This document shows positions 46,982-55,938 of a stretch of 64,000 bases of DNA, piece by piece. Each line of letters starts with the position of its first letter. Within the stretch, counting starts at the first letter, position 1. The notes beneath the pieces were generated by a model, which saw only the letters and a program-made list of their open reading frames with translations, was not told where the DNA came from and ran no database searches. The translations under genes were made by a program, and so were the position numbers. The stretch is from Patescibacteria group bacterium (GTDB taxonomy: Bacteria > Patescibacteriota > Patescibacteriia > 2-12-FULL-60-25): contig JBDRFZ010000030.1 in assembly GCA_043818395.1 (NCBI GenBank), positions 10,704 to 74,703 of the forward strand. Direction: 5' to 3'.

Positions 46982-47363
46982 ATCGTTGCAGGTGTTTTAT
47001 TTGTTTAGTGGTTTTAGTTTTAGCGTAAGTAATTTTTAGTTTCATTTCAGCAAAAAATAATTTTTTTGATAAGAAAATCGATGTTTATCACGCGGTATTT
47101 TTAGATAACGGCCAGGTATATTTTGGGAAAATCAATCAGGAGGACGAAAAAACCATCTCGCTTAAGGAATTTTTTATGTCCAGGTACAGAGTGCGGCGCA
47201 AGATGGGGCTGCAAATCAATCCGATATATCTCTTCTCAAACTCGGCAATGAATTACATGGACCCGAAGACTGGATGAAGATCAATAAAGAGCACGTTTTG
47301 TTTATTGAACAATTAAAGCCAGATAGTAAAGTATCAAAGGCCATTGCGGATTATAAAAAGTAA
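46982..47363 (+). pseudogene. decayed small membrane-anchored protein gene (frameshift plus in-frame stop)
   Basis: The frame reading VIFSFISAKNNFFDKKIDVYHAVFLDNGQVYFGKINQEDEKTISLKEFF continues sensibly as YVQVQSAAQDGAANQSDISLLKLGNELHGPEDWMKINKEHVLFIEQLKPDSKVSKAIADYKK only if one T is added to the T6 run at 47170-47175. An in-frame TAA at 47026-47028 separates it from an upstream hydrophobic segment, and there is no in-frame ATG. Confidence 0.4.
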
Positions 47364-47444
47364 TTTAACTTAAAGATCGTCCGGGTTGAGGAGGTCAAGG
47401 TTTTAATCGTGGCCGAGCTTTTGCGCAGGGTGTAAGGTTTGCGT

Positions 47445-48689
47445 ATGAAAATAATCGCAGACCTGCATTTACATTCTAAATGGTCCAGATCCTGTTCGAA
47501 AGAATTAACACTGCCAAATATCGCTAAAAAATGCGAAAAAAAAGGAATAAATTTGGTTGGGACAGCTGATGCTTTGCACCCGGCTTGGAATAGTGATATT
47601 AAAAATCTTCTTGAAGACAGGGGAGAGGGTGCGTTTTATTTGAAAGATAATTCTTCGCGAACAGCTTTTGTTCTTTCTACTGAGATTTCTTGTATTTATA
47701 AACGCCACGACAAGGTCAGGCGCGTACACCATGTTTTATTTTTTTCATCAATAGAATCTTTAGAAAAATTTAGAACCTCTTTAGAAAATAAAGGATGTAA
47801 TTTAAAAAGCGACGGTCGGCCGATCGTGGGTTTGGATTCGGAGGAATTGATAAAGATTCTACTTGAAGCGGATGAAAATAATATTTTAATTCCAGCTCAC
47901 GCTTGGACGCCGTGGTTTTCTATTTTTGGCTCCAAATCAGGTTTTAATTCCATTGAAGAATGTTTTGGCGGAATGTCCGGGCATATTTATGCTATCGAAA
48001 CAGGTTTATCGTCCGATCCAGCCATGAATTGGCGAATATCCGCATTAGATAGCCTTTTTTTAGTTTCAAATTCTGATGCTCATTCGTTGGATAATTTGGG
48101 ACGCGAAGCGAATGTTTTTGAAATGGCTGCGCCTTCATATAATGAATTTAGAAGAATTTTAGTTGAACACGATAAAAAGAAATTTATAGAAACTCTGGAA
48201 TTTTTTCCGGAAGAAGGAAAATATCATGCTGATGGACATCGTGATTGTAAATTTTGGTGTAACCCCGAAGAGACCAAACGATTAAAAAATATATGTCCCA
48301 AATGCGGTAAACCGCTCACGGTCGGTGTGTTAAATCGTATAGATGAACTCGCTGATCGATCGGTGCCGGCGAAAAAACCGGAGAACGCCGTTCCTTTTCG
48401 TTCGTTGGTACCCTTAAAGGAAGTAATCGCGGATATACAGGGGACGTCTAAATCATCAAAAAAAGTTTTGAAAATTTTTACCGAAATGATGAATAGTGAT
48501 AAGAGTGAATTTGAGATATTGATGGATTTATCAGAAGAGGATATTTCGGCTATTTCTAGCCAAGAAATAGCTTCATCTATAATAAAAATAAGAAACGGTC
48601 AAATAGAAATCAGGCCTGGATATGATGGTGAATACGGAGTGATTAAAGTTAAAGACGTTAAAAGAAAACGCCAGGATTCTTTGCTCTGA
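47445..48689 (+). CDS. endonuclease Q (PHP-fold, deaminated-base endonuclease) family protein
   Basis: ADLHLHSKWSR, VRRVHHVLFF, IPAHAWTPW, SNSDAHS..LGRE, the zinc ribbon CPKCGKPLTVGVLNRIDELAD and the C-terminal PGYDGEYGVIKV align block by block with my recollection of Pyrococcus EndoQ. Confidence 0.8.
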   Translation: MKIIADLHLHSKWSRSCSKELTLPNIAKKCEKKGINLVGTADALHPAWNSDIKNLLEDRGEGAFYLKDNSSRTAFVLSTEISCIYKRHDKVRRVHHVLFFSSIESLEKFRTSLENKGCNLKSDGRPIVGLDSEELIKILLEADENNILIPAHAWTPWFSIFGSKSGFNSIEECFGGMSGHIYAIETGLSSDPAMNWRISALDSLFLVSNSDAHSLDNLGREANVFEMAAPSYNEFRRILVEHDKKKFIETLEFFPEEGKYHADGHRDCKFWCNPEETKRLKNICPKCGKPLTVGVLNRIDELADRSVPAKKPENAVPFRSLVPLKEVIADIQGTSKSSKKVLKIFTEMMNSDKSEFEILMDLSEEDISAISSQEIASSIIKIRNGQIEIRPGYDGEYGVIKVKDVKRKRQDSLL

Positions 48690-48709
48690 AAAAAAATTTT
48701 CATAAAATG

Positions 48710-48739
48710 AAAACATCCCATAATACAATGGGATGTTTT
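48710..48739. terminator. bidirectional hairpin between endoQ and the micro-ORF
   Basis: AAAACATCCCA (48710-48720) pairs with TGGGATGTTTT (48729-48739). Confidence 0.6.
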
Positions 48740-48770
48740 CCTCCTTAGATCCAAGGAGAAGAAAATAGCT

Positions 48771-48839
48771 TTACAGCTTCTTCTTCTTTGTGGCCTTCTT
48801 TGTGGCCTTCTTGGCTTTGGCTTTCTTCTTGGCTGGCAT
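48771..48839 (-). CDS. 22-aa Lys/Ala-rich micro-protein MPAKKKAKAKKATKKATKKKKL
   Basis: Not in the ORF track because it is under 60 aa. The strong SD AAGGAGGG lies 8 nt upstream of the ATG. An extended -10 (TGTTATAAT) lies about 100 nt upstream on the minus strand, and two hairpins follow the TAA. Confidence 0.5.
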   Translation of the reverse strand: MPAKKKAKAKKATKKATKKKKL

Positions 48840-49125
48840 GATTATCACCCTCCTTTCTTACTTTCGTCCCGACGAAATGTCGTGATCGATGTTCGCGAGG
48901 ACGTCTAGAACGTCTCTACGATCATGACGTTATTATAACATATTTTTTTGATGTCAAATATTGTCAAGCCCCTACCCTTTACAAAAAAGTAATTTTATGA
49001 TACGTTGATAGCGGATAAAACGTGCGAAGGTCAGTTCGTTACTCGTAAAAATTACGAGTGGGTCGAGGATTGTGTCCATGCGCAAACGGGATCCGTGTTA
49101 ATTCACATTATTTTTTTGAATCAGC

Positions 49126-49392
49126 ATGTCCACAAAGTTGTTTGTCGGCGGCATCCCTTATCGCACAAGCGATGAAGAGCTGCGACAGACCTTTTCGCAG
49201 GCCGGTGAAGTCGTCTCGGTATTCATTCCGATCGATCGCGCCAGCCAACGCCCACGCGGTTTCGCCTTCGTAGAGATGGCGGATGAAGCGCAGGCAGAAA
49301 AGGCAATCTCGATGTTTGACGGAACTGATCTCGGAGGTCGCAAAATCGCTGTAAGCATTGCGCGCCCGACCGAAGAGAGACCGCAACATTAA
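49126..49392 (+). CDS. RRM-type RNA-binding protein
   Basis: RNP2 (KLFVGGI) and RNP1 (RGFAFVEM). 88 aa. Confidence 0.9.
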   Translation: MSTKLFVGGIPYRTSDEELRQTFSQAGEVVSVFIPIDRASQRPRGFAFVEMADEAQAEKAISMFDGTDLGGRKIAVSIARPTEERPQH

Positions 49393-49403
49393 AAAATCAA
49401 AAA

Positions 49404-49430
49404 ACACCCTGGAAACCGGGGTGTTTTTTG
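49404..49430 (+). terminator. terminator after the RRM gene
   Basis: ACACCCT/GGGGTGT hairpin followed by TTTTTT. Confidence 0.7.
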
Positions 49431-49525
49431 ATTTTTTAGGTTATTTTCGAGCACCTTCTCCTACAGCTGATTTTCATCTGTGCAGTTACAGCCTGAAGTC
49501 TGACAGAGTAATCTTTTTTTAAAGA

Positions 49526-50251
49526 TTATTTTGCAAAAGTTAAAGTGGCTAAAGCTTTTTGCAGCGTTGTAAAATTATGGGATCTGTCTATTTCGCGCAT
49601 CCAGATAAGATGTGTTTTTTGACCGTTGTATTGCACATGAAAGACCAGGTGGCTGTCCGCGGAGCCGGCAGTTGTTCCACTATAACCTATAAGCAAATGA
49701 CCGCCGACGTTATACGAGAGTGGTGTGGAGCTGACAAACATTCCCATTAATTCGTTTTCAAGTCTTTCCTCGTACGTTGTTATCGACAACCATCTGTTAT
49801 CTGCAGTTAAAGTAAAATCATTTTTATCATTTTGATTTTTAGCAATAGTAAGTGCGTTTTTATCATTCGCTTCCAGATTGTCGCTACCGGGATATTTTAT
49901 ACTGACAGCAAGCGGAAGATTTATTGCCTCCTTCCATCCTTTGATATCAAGTCCGCTTGGTGCACGGAGAGACGTGGCGTTTGTAAGCATGTCTCGTTCC
50001 TCCTGTAATGATTTAATTATATCCTGTGCTTTACTGATTTCATTGTTGGCTGTATCTAGTTTTTGGTTGGCTTGTTTTATCGCATTTTCTTTAGCAAGAA
50101 CCGCATCTTTTGATTCTCGTTCGGCTTTTAAGGCTATTTCTGTCAGACGTTCCCTGTCAGTATTGGCCTTTTTTAAGAAAAAACCCATGCCTATAGCAAC
50201 GGCCAATGCACCCAAGCAGATTGATATGATTACAGGATAAAAGCGCTTCAT
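49526..50251 (-). CDS. membrane-anchored hypothetical protein with a coiled coil
   Basis: N-terminal transmembrane helix (VIISICLGALAVAIGMGFF), then a heptad region, then a beta-rich C-terminus. Confidence 0.55.
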   Translation of the reverse strand: MKRFYPVIISICLGALAVAIGMGFFLKKANTDRERLTEIALKAERESKDAVLAKENAIKQANQKLDTANNEISKAQDIIKSLQEERDMLTNATSLRAPSGLDIKGWKEAINLPLAVSIKYPGSDNLEANDKNALTIAKNQNDKNDFTLTADNRWLSITTYEERLENELMGMFVSSTPLSYNVGGHLLIGYSGTTAGSADSHLVFHVQYNGQKTHLIWMREIDRSHNFTTLQKALATLTFAK

Positions 50252-50309
50252 ATATGCGGTTCTAATTTTAGCCAGCCCGCAAATACTTAGGTAGTGTTTT
50301 TATCAAGGG

Positions 50310-51836
50310 TCAAGGACGTTCCAGAATCTCCCGCGCTCGATCTATAGCTTCATTTTTAGATTTAATTGCGCCCTTGTCTCTCAGTTCTTCAATTTTTCTG
50401 ACGATTTTTCCCATCAACGGTCCTGGTTTTACGCCGAGTGTGATCAGGTCGCGACCCTGCAATAAAGGTTTCATGGGTTCTTCGTCAAGTTTTTTATTCT
50501 CTACAGTCGCTTCAAGTAAAAGTCCGGGAAGGTAAGGTTCTGTTTTTGCGCCTTCTGTATTCTTTCCACGCGAATCAGTTTCGGATCCTGCTATCAAAAC
50601 ACGCCACGAAACCGGATGTATTCGCTTTATAAGCCTTCTTATGGCATTTGCGTACTGCTCATCATCCAATTCATGACGCTGCTTTTTTTTATATAACTCT
50701 CCAGGCTCCAGATGCAGGGTAGTTATGACCAGGACACCGGCCTTGACCGCTTCCGAAAACGCCAGGCGATCGCAAAAGTCGCGAGCTGGTTTTTCGCCGG
50801 CCGTTTCGTGTCCAAGTGAGCGGATCCGTCTATCAATTGTTTTAGTGGTCGCGGGTTTGCCTAAATCATGACAGAGAGATCCGAGCATGACTTGCAGTTT
50901 TTCGGTTTCGTTAAAATTTCTTTCCGGTTCTCGTATCAATTTTGCGGCCTGATCAACGGTTTGCATGGTATGCGTCCAGACGTCACCTTCCGGATGCCAC
51001 TTCGGATCTTGTTCCGTACCGATCAGGGCATTTAATTCGGGGAAGTATTTTTCTATTATTCCCAGCTCGCGTGCCAGTTCAAAACCAATAGACGGTTTTT
51101 TTGCCTTTAAAAGAAGTTTCTTGAACTCATCGGCAACTCTTTCTTTAGCCAACTCTTCCAGATCGCCTCGCTTAACCATTTCCTGCATTAGTCGTTTGCT
51201 TTCAGGTTCAACTGTTAATTCCATGCGCGCGGCGAATTGCAAGGCACGGTAAACACGCAGGGGATCATCCTGAAAACGTTCCGGGTCAGTCACTCGTAAG
51301 CTATGAGTCCGTAGATCTTCCAAGCCATGGAAAGGATCTATGATTTCTCCTGTCAGCGGATCAGCGGCCATGGCATTGATCGTAAAATCACGGCGTCTGG
51401 CCGCATCGGTGATGCTTATGCCGGGATCGCCCGTGACCGAGAACCCACGATGACCTTTTCCGGTTTTAGATTCGTGGCGGGGGATGGAGATATCGAATTC
51501 AACATCATCAGCCAAATGAATTTTTAAAATACCGAAAGCCCGACCCACGGCGTTAACCTTGCCCGGAAATAATTGGTTTAAAAGATCTTCCAGCCTGTCC
51601 GCGGATATTCCGTAGACTTCGGTATCAATATCTTTCGGATGCAGGCCGAGAATCGCGTCACGCACGAAACCGCCTACGATTAAAGCTCGCGGTTCAGTTT
51701 CCGGGTATTTTGGATCAAGCGGTACGGAGCGAATGATGGTTGCGAGCCGATTAGCGGCTTCTATAAGCCGCTTGTCCTGAGAAAAAAGCTTATCTTTTAA
51801 TTCATCTTTCGTTTCTGCTTCGAACTTGTTTTTCAT
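50310..51836 (-). CDS. cca: CCA-adding enzyme / poly(A) polymerase-family nucleotidyltransferase with HD domain
   Basis: GGFVRDAILG...DIDTEV nucleotidyltransferase motif, RRDFTINA, and the HD region LCHDLGKP. Confidence 0.8.
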   Translation of the reverse strand: MKNKFEAETKDELKDKLFSQDKRLIEAANRLATIIRSVPLDPKYPETEPRALIVGGFVRDAILGLHPKDIDTEVYGISADRLEDLLNQLFPGKVNAVGRAFGILKIHLADDVEFDISIPRHESKTGKGHRGFSVTGDPGISITDAARRRDFTINAMAADPLTGEIIDPFHGLEDLRTHSLRVTDPERFQDDPLRVYRALQFAARMELTVEPESKRLMQEMVKRGDLEELAKERVADEFKKLLLKAKKPSIGFELARELGIIEKYFPELNALIGTEQDPKWHPEGDVWTHTMQTVDQAAKLIREPERNFNETEKLQVMLGSLCHDLGKPATTKTIDRRIRSLGHETAGEKPARDFCDRLAFSEAVKAGVLVITTLHLEPGELYKKKQRHELDDEQYANAIRRLIKRIHPVSWRVLIAGSETDSRGKNTEGAKTEPYLPGLLLEATVENKKLDEEPMKPLLQGRDLITLGVKPGPLMGKIVRKIEELRDKGAIKSKNEAIDRAREILERP

Positions 51837-52099
51837 TGTTAAAGACTATCAAGAAATTAGCCTACTGTCATGGCGGATGTTTGGACAAGCATGTCAAACA
51901 TCCGAATATTTTTAAAAAGCTATCAGAAGTTCTTATTAAGAAAGCATAGTACAAGAAATATGTCAAGCCGTGTATTAACAGATAAGATATTTTTTACTTA
52001 ATTAAGTAATTTTTTTAGATAAATTGATTTAACTAAAAAAAATTTATTTTTTTGAAAAGTAAAGCAATACTTGACAAAATATATATAATATAGTACGGT

Positions 52100-52406
52100 G
52101 TTATCACTTCCAGTATGTTCTGGAAAACAAACAGTGGGTTAACCCGCTGTGTATTGTCCGAATAAAGGCTTAGTGCCCCTTTGGGCAAGCGAAAGAGCGA
52201 ATAAGCTCGCGACTAATGGAGAAATCCAAAAAGAAGCGAGTTAAAAGAGCTTTATCCGCACACACGGCGAGTTTATCCCACGACTTCTCACGAGGAGACG
52301 TGGATCATGATCAGCTAAACAGGAACAGCTGGATCACTCATCAACTCGGCCCGGGAATGTGTGCAGTGAAAACCGCCCCCATACTCGGGCTTTTTTCGTA
52401 TATGGA
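52100..52406 (+). ncRNA. candidate stand-alone structured sRNA (class unknown)
   Basis: Promoter-like TTGACA (52071) followed by an AT-rich block full of -10-like hexamers. Clean hairpins include TTCCAG/CTGGAA, CAGTGGG-TTAA-CCCGCTG, GCCC-CTTT-GGGC, GAGC/GCTC and CCACG/CGTGG. A plus-strand terminator (CCCGGGAATG...CATACTCGGGC then TTTTTT) lies at about 52348-52406. The overlapping 69-aa ORF has no SD. Confidence 0.3.
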
Positions 52407-52427
52407 AATCAAAAATATTTCTTGATT

Positions 52428-53171
52428 TTATTTTTCTACAAATGAACTATGCCACGCGAGTTCAAACATGCCTCTCATAGTATCTGCGATTACCTGACTT
52501 TCGATGATGATGGTGATAAGTTTTCCGTGGAATGTAGAAAGCGCGGTTTTATTGCGATATAAAATAATGTCACCGTTGAAAGTTGATTTGTCCGGATGTA
52601 CGTGGCGCGCTTCCACGCCTTTTCTGGGGCTATAAGCCATGTTGCCAGCGTAAAGAAAACGCCCGCTGATTTTCATGCGCGCTAATTCTTCTCTGAATGG
52701 TTGGAGATCTTCGCGTGTAAAAATTGCGGATACTGTATCAATATTCGCAAATTCATCGGTATGTTTCGGTGATACTTTTAAAATGTCATCCTGCAAGGCT
52801 TTTAAACCTTCAACACCTTCGAACATTTTAACTACCGGTTTTTCGCCGCGCTGTAAAAGTCTTAAATCACCCAGTGATACTTCTATCTCACGCAAAGTCG
52901 CTTCCATTGTCTTCATTCGTGAATGCACGAATGATAATAATCTTTCCGGCGATTCAGCCACGTAAAGATTTTTTTTGCCTTTTTGCACCGTGCTCATCAG
53001 TCCGTCGCCCATGAGAGATTCAATAACCGCGTATGTGGTTACGCGTGAGACGCGGGCTTTTTTCGCCAGATCCTGGACCGCGGATGGCCCGCTTTCCAAA
53101 GAGATAAGATATATTTTTGCTTCACTGTCGGTAAAGCCGAGTGAGTGTAAAAGTTTTTCCCAATTAGCCAT
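52428..53171 (-). CDS. TrmB-family transcriptional regulator
   Basis: LGFTDSEAKIYLISLESGPSAVQDLAKKARVSRVTTYAVIESL winged-helix N-terminus. Start taken at MANWEKLL. Confidence 0.7.
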   Translation of the reverse strand: MANWEKLLHSLGFTDSEAKIYLISLESGPSAVQDLAKKARVSRVTTYAVIESLMGDGLMSTVQKGKKNLYVAESPERLLSFVHSRMKTMEATLREIEVSLGDLRLLQRGEKPVVKMFEGVEGLKALQDDILKVSPKHTDEFANIDTVSAIFTREDLQPFREELARMKISGRFLYAGNMAYSPRKGVEARHVHPDKSTFNGDIILYRNKTALSTFHGKLITIIIESQVIADTMRGMFELAWHSSFVEK

Positions 53172-53587
53172 ATGCCGACATTGTACATGTAAATCCCCGA
53201 AAGGCGAAGGGTTTACAGAAGAATCATACAGGATGTGCTTTGTACCACGGATTATACGATTCAGGAACGATTTAGCGTGTTTTATAAAAACCACCGGTAT
53301 GGTGGTTTTTATGTTGGTGGGGGCTCATTGTCGCGATTCGAACCGGAAACCAAAGGGTTGGTAAAGAAAAGGATGACTGTCGATGAATATTTAGCACATC
53401 AGACGGAGGAAGAAACAGCTGATTCTAAGCGAGTTTCAAGCATTTTGGATTCGGAGATGGAAGTGTGGCTTAGGGTGCATTGGCGACTTTCTGAGGAATT
53501 ATTCTTGTTTTGGTATATTTGGCTGAAGGACAATACAGCTATGGTGGAGAGGTTTGTGGAGGAATTGAAAAGCGCCGTCGCCAAAAA

Positions 53588-54589
53588 TCAAACCTGATCG
53601 TTCTTTTTTACTTTCTTCCCGACTTTTTTCTCCAAAACCTTAAGATTATCCAAATACGCTACTTCCACTGGTGACAGTGTCTTGGCTTGATATTTGCGAT
53701 ACTCGTCAGTTGCTTTTTCCAGCGCCTGCTGATGACTCACACTGCCCGCATCTTTAAGCATCCCTCTGCCAAAGTTCTCAGCGAATTTATCAAGCTCAGC
53801 AACCCAATCGGCCATCGCCATGTTTGTGTGCTCTTTAGCGCGAATTTCAGCCAGATCAAAAAATGCGGACACAAGCCGGTTCAGTCTAAACAGTTCATCT
53901 TCGGTTAAATAATTTTTCGCTATCCCAACTTCGGAGAGCACAGGCAACGCACTCGCAAAAGTCGTGAGACCCATAAAATCTTTCTCAGCATCTGCACGTT
54001 CATAAATTGTTTCTGCTGCCGTATGTTTGTTCGTAGCGTAATGTAGCTTATTTTGTACGACTTTGAAAAATTCAATCGATGTCTTGTTATTCGGGTCATA
54101 ATCGATACTTGTCGCATAGAGATCGAGCACTTGTCGATAAAGCGCCTTTTCACTGCTTCGAATATCGCGAATGCGATCCAATAATTCCTTCCAATAATTT
54201 CCACCACCATTCCCTTTTAGTCGTTCGTCATCCAAAGAAAATCCCTTAACGATGTATTCGCGAAGTCTTTGCGTTGCCCAAATACGAAATTGAGTACCTC
54301 GTTGTGATTTTACACGATATCCAACTGAAATAATGACGTCTAAATTATAACAATTTGTAGGTTTCGTAGAAAATTCGGAATTTCCGAATTTTCTCATGGT
54401 CTCAGCTTCAATCAGCTCTTTTTCGGCATAAATATTCTGGATATGTTCGTTTATGGTCGATTTGGACTTTTCAAACAGTTCCGCCATCTGGTCTTGAGTT
54501 AGCCAGACGGTTTCGCCGTCCATTTTTACCTCTACCTTGGTTTTACCGTCAGCGGTTTGGTAGAGGATGATTTGAGAGTTGTTTTCCAT
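53588..54589 (-). CDS. RhuM-family (virulence protein RhuM-like) protein
   Basis: ILYQTADGKTKVEV...ETVWLTQDQMAELF...STINEHI...NLDVIISVGYRVKSQRGTQFRIWAT is highly characteristic of the family. Confidence 0.85.
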   Translation of the reverse strand: MENNSQIILYQTADGKTKVEVKMDGETVWLTQDQMAELFEKSKSTINEHIQNIYAEKELIEAETMRKFGNSEFSTKPTNCYNLDVIISVGYRVKSQRGTQFRIWATQRLREYIVKGFSLDDERLKGNGGGNYWKELLDRIRDIRSSEKALYRQVLDLYATSIDYDPNNKTSIEFFKVVQNKLHYATNKHTAAETIYERADAEKDFMGLTTFASALPVLSEVGIAKNYLTEDELFRLNRLVSAFFDLAEIRAKEHTNMAMADWVAELDKFAENFGRGMLKDAGSVSHQQALEKATDEYRKYQAKTLSPVEVAYLDNLKVLEKKVGKKVKKNDQV

Positions 54590-54598
54590 AAACCTTAA

Positions 54599-55321
54599 TT
54601 AAATTATCCGCCTCCATCGCTTGAAAGCTTTAATATCCGCCGAATTCAAATCAAACCATTCACCATTCATCCGTTTAGGTTCAAAACGTCTGTGCCAGTA
54701 TGCTTCGATACCGCTCGGATCATCAGTTTTTATTGAGTGAATTAAATCCAGGTTTTCTGGCAATTGTATACGTAATTCTTGACCACGCCGCACAGAATCA
54801 TTTGTTTTGCCAATTTTGTAATATCTTCCTGATTTGAAGAGATAAACTTCTCCAATTTTTGAATCTGAATCCAAACTCTTTTCTGATTCATTTTTTTTCG
54901 CCAAGGCTGGTCTACAAAGCTCAATTACGTCTTCACAATTCCTAATTTGCTGACAAAAATCAATTACCTGCTGAGCAAATTTCTCTTTAGTACCATATCT
55001 ACGATATGTAGTTCCCCAAGGGAATTCTGGATCATTACGTCTTCTTTCAAGATCAATATCTCGATAAGTGGGGAATCTTTTAATTTTTCGTGCTAATACA
55101 ACTATTTTATTAAGCAAAAACTCGTTAGTATATGATTCTTGCAAAGTATTGCTTGTAAGGCCAGCCTCTTTTTGTGCATCACTAAATCGTGCCCAGTACT
55201 TATTCCAATCATATGGCTTTATTCCAGTTTCTTTCTCAAACTTCCCCATTCCAAGAGGTTTCCCACCATTTTGCTCAGCAGTTTTTCGTATTGCATTTAA
55301 GATGTCTTGTTTATTGAGCAT
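54599..55321 (-). CDS. GIY-YIG/T5orf172 (MUG113)-domain protein
   Basis: The C-terminal GEVYLFKSGRYYKIGKTNDSVRRGQEL...EAYWHRRFEPKRMNGEWFDL matches the T5orf172 pattern. N-terminal helical repeats. Confidence 0.7.
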   Translation of the reverse strand: MLNKQDILNAIRKTAEQNGGKPLGMGKFEKETGIKPYDWNKYWARFSDAQKEAGLTSNTLQESYTNEFLLNKIVVLARKIKRFPTYRDIDLERRRNDPEFPWGTTYRRYGTKEKFAQQVIDFCQQIRNCEDVIELCRPALAKKNESEKSLDSDSKIGEVYLFKSGRYYKIGKTNDSVRRGQELRIQLPENLDLIHSIKTDDPSGIEAYWHRRFEPKRMNGEWFDLNSADIKAFKRWRRII

Positions 55322-55324
55322 AGT

Positions 55325-55531
55325 TTATTGTATTAAGTCATCAATGCCGATTCCCAACCCAGACGCAATCTTCGTCACCGTATCAATCGACGGATTTTGA
55401 ACAGCGTCCGATTCTATTTTAACAAGCGTTGGATACGGCAAATCTGCTTTCTTCGCTAATTCATCTTGGGTTAAATCCTTTATCGCTCTCCACGCTTTAA
55501 TTTTGGCTCCGATTGTTTTTTTAGTTGTCAT
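55325..55531 (-). CDS. XRE-family helix-turn-helix regulator
   Basis: IGAKIKAWRAIKDLTQDELAKKADLPYPTLVKIES. 68 aa. Confidence 0.8.
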   Translation of the reverse strand: MTTKKTIGAKIKAWRAIKDLTQDELAKKADLPYPTLVKIESDAVQNPSIDTVTKIASGLGIGIDDLIQ

Positions 55532-55802
55532 AATTGGCTGGTAAAACTTGGTTATATTATATCGCTTCCACGAGCTTTTACAAGAACCCTTTTCAACAAT
55601 TATTTACCCAACGTTCGAACCGCAAGCCAAAAGGTATTTCATCTTTATTTTAAGCCACATTATCGTTACGACTTCCTTAAGCAAGCCAAATGGTCTCCCC
55701 AAAGTTCGAACCACATCCCCATCAACAAAACCGCTAACAAATACAGTAAACAAGCACATTCCGCGCAAAACAAAAATTCCACCTCTTCGGTGGAACTAAT
55801 GA

Positions 55803-55878
55803 TGGTGGACCGTGCCGGATTCGAACCGGCGACCTCCGCCTTGCAAAGGCGGCGCTCTACCAACTAAGCTAACGGCCC
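55803..55878 (-). tRNA. tRNA-Ala (anticodon UGC), CCA encoded
   Basis: The reverse complement is GGGCCGT...ACGGTCCACCA with a G3:U70 pair, an anticodon arm CCGCC-TTTGCAA-GGCGG and a T loop GGTTCGAATCC. Confidence 0.9.
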
Positions 55879-55938
55879 AAAATAATTGTACGAGAAAGCA
55901 TAGCCTCGCCAGTTATTTGAGTCAACAAATAAGATTTA

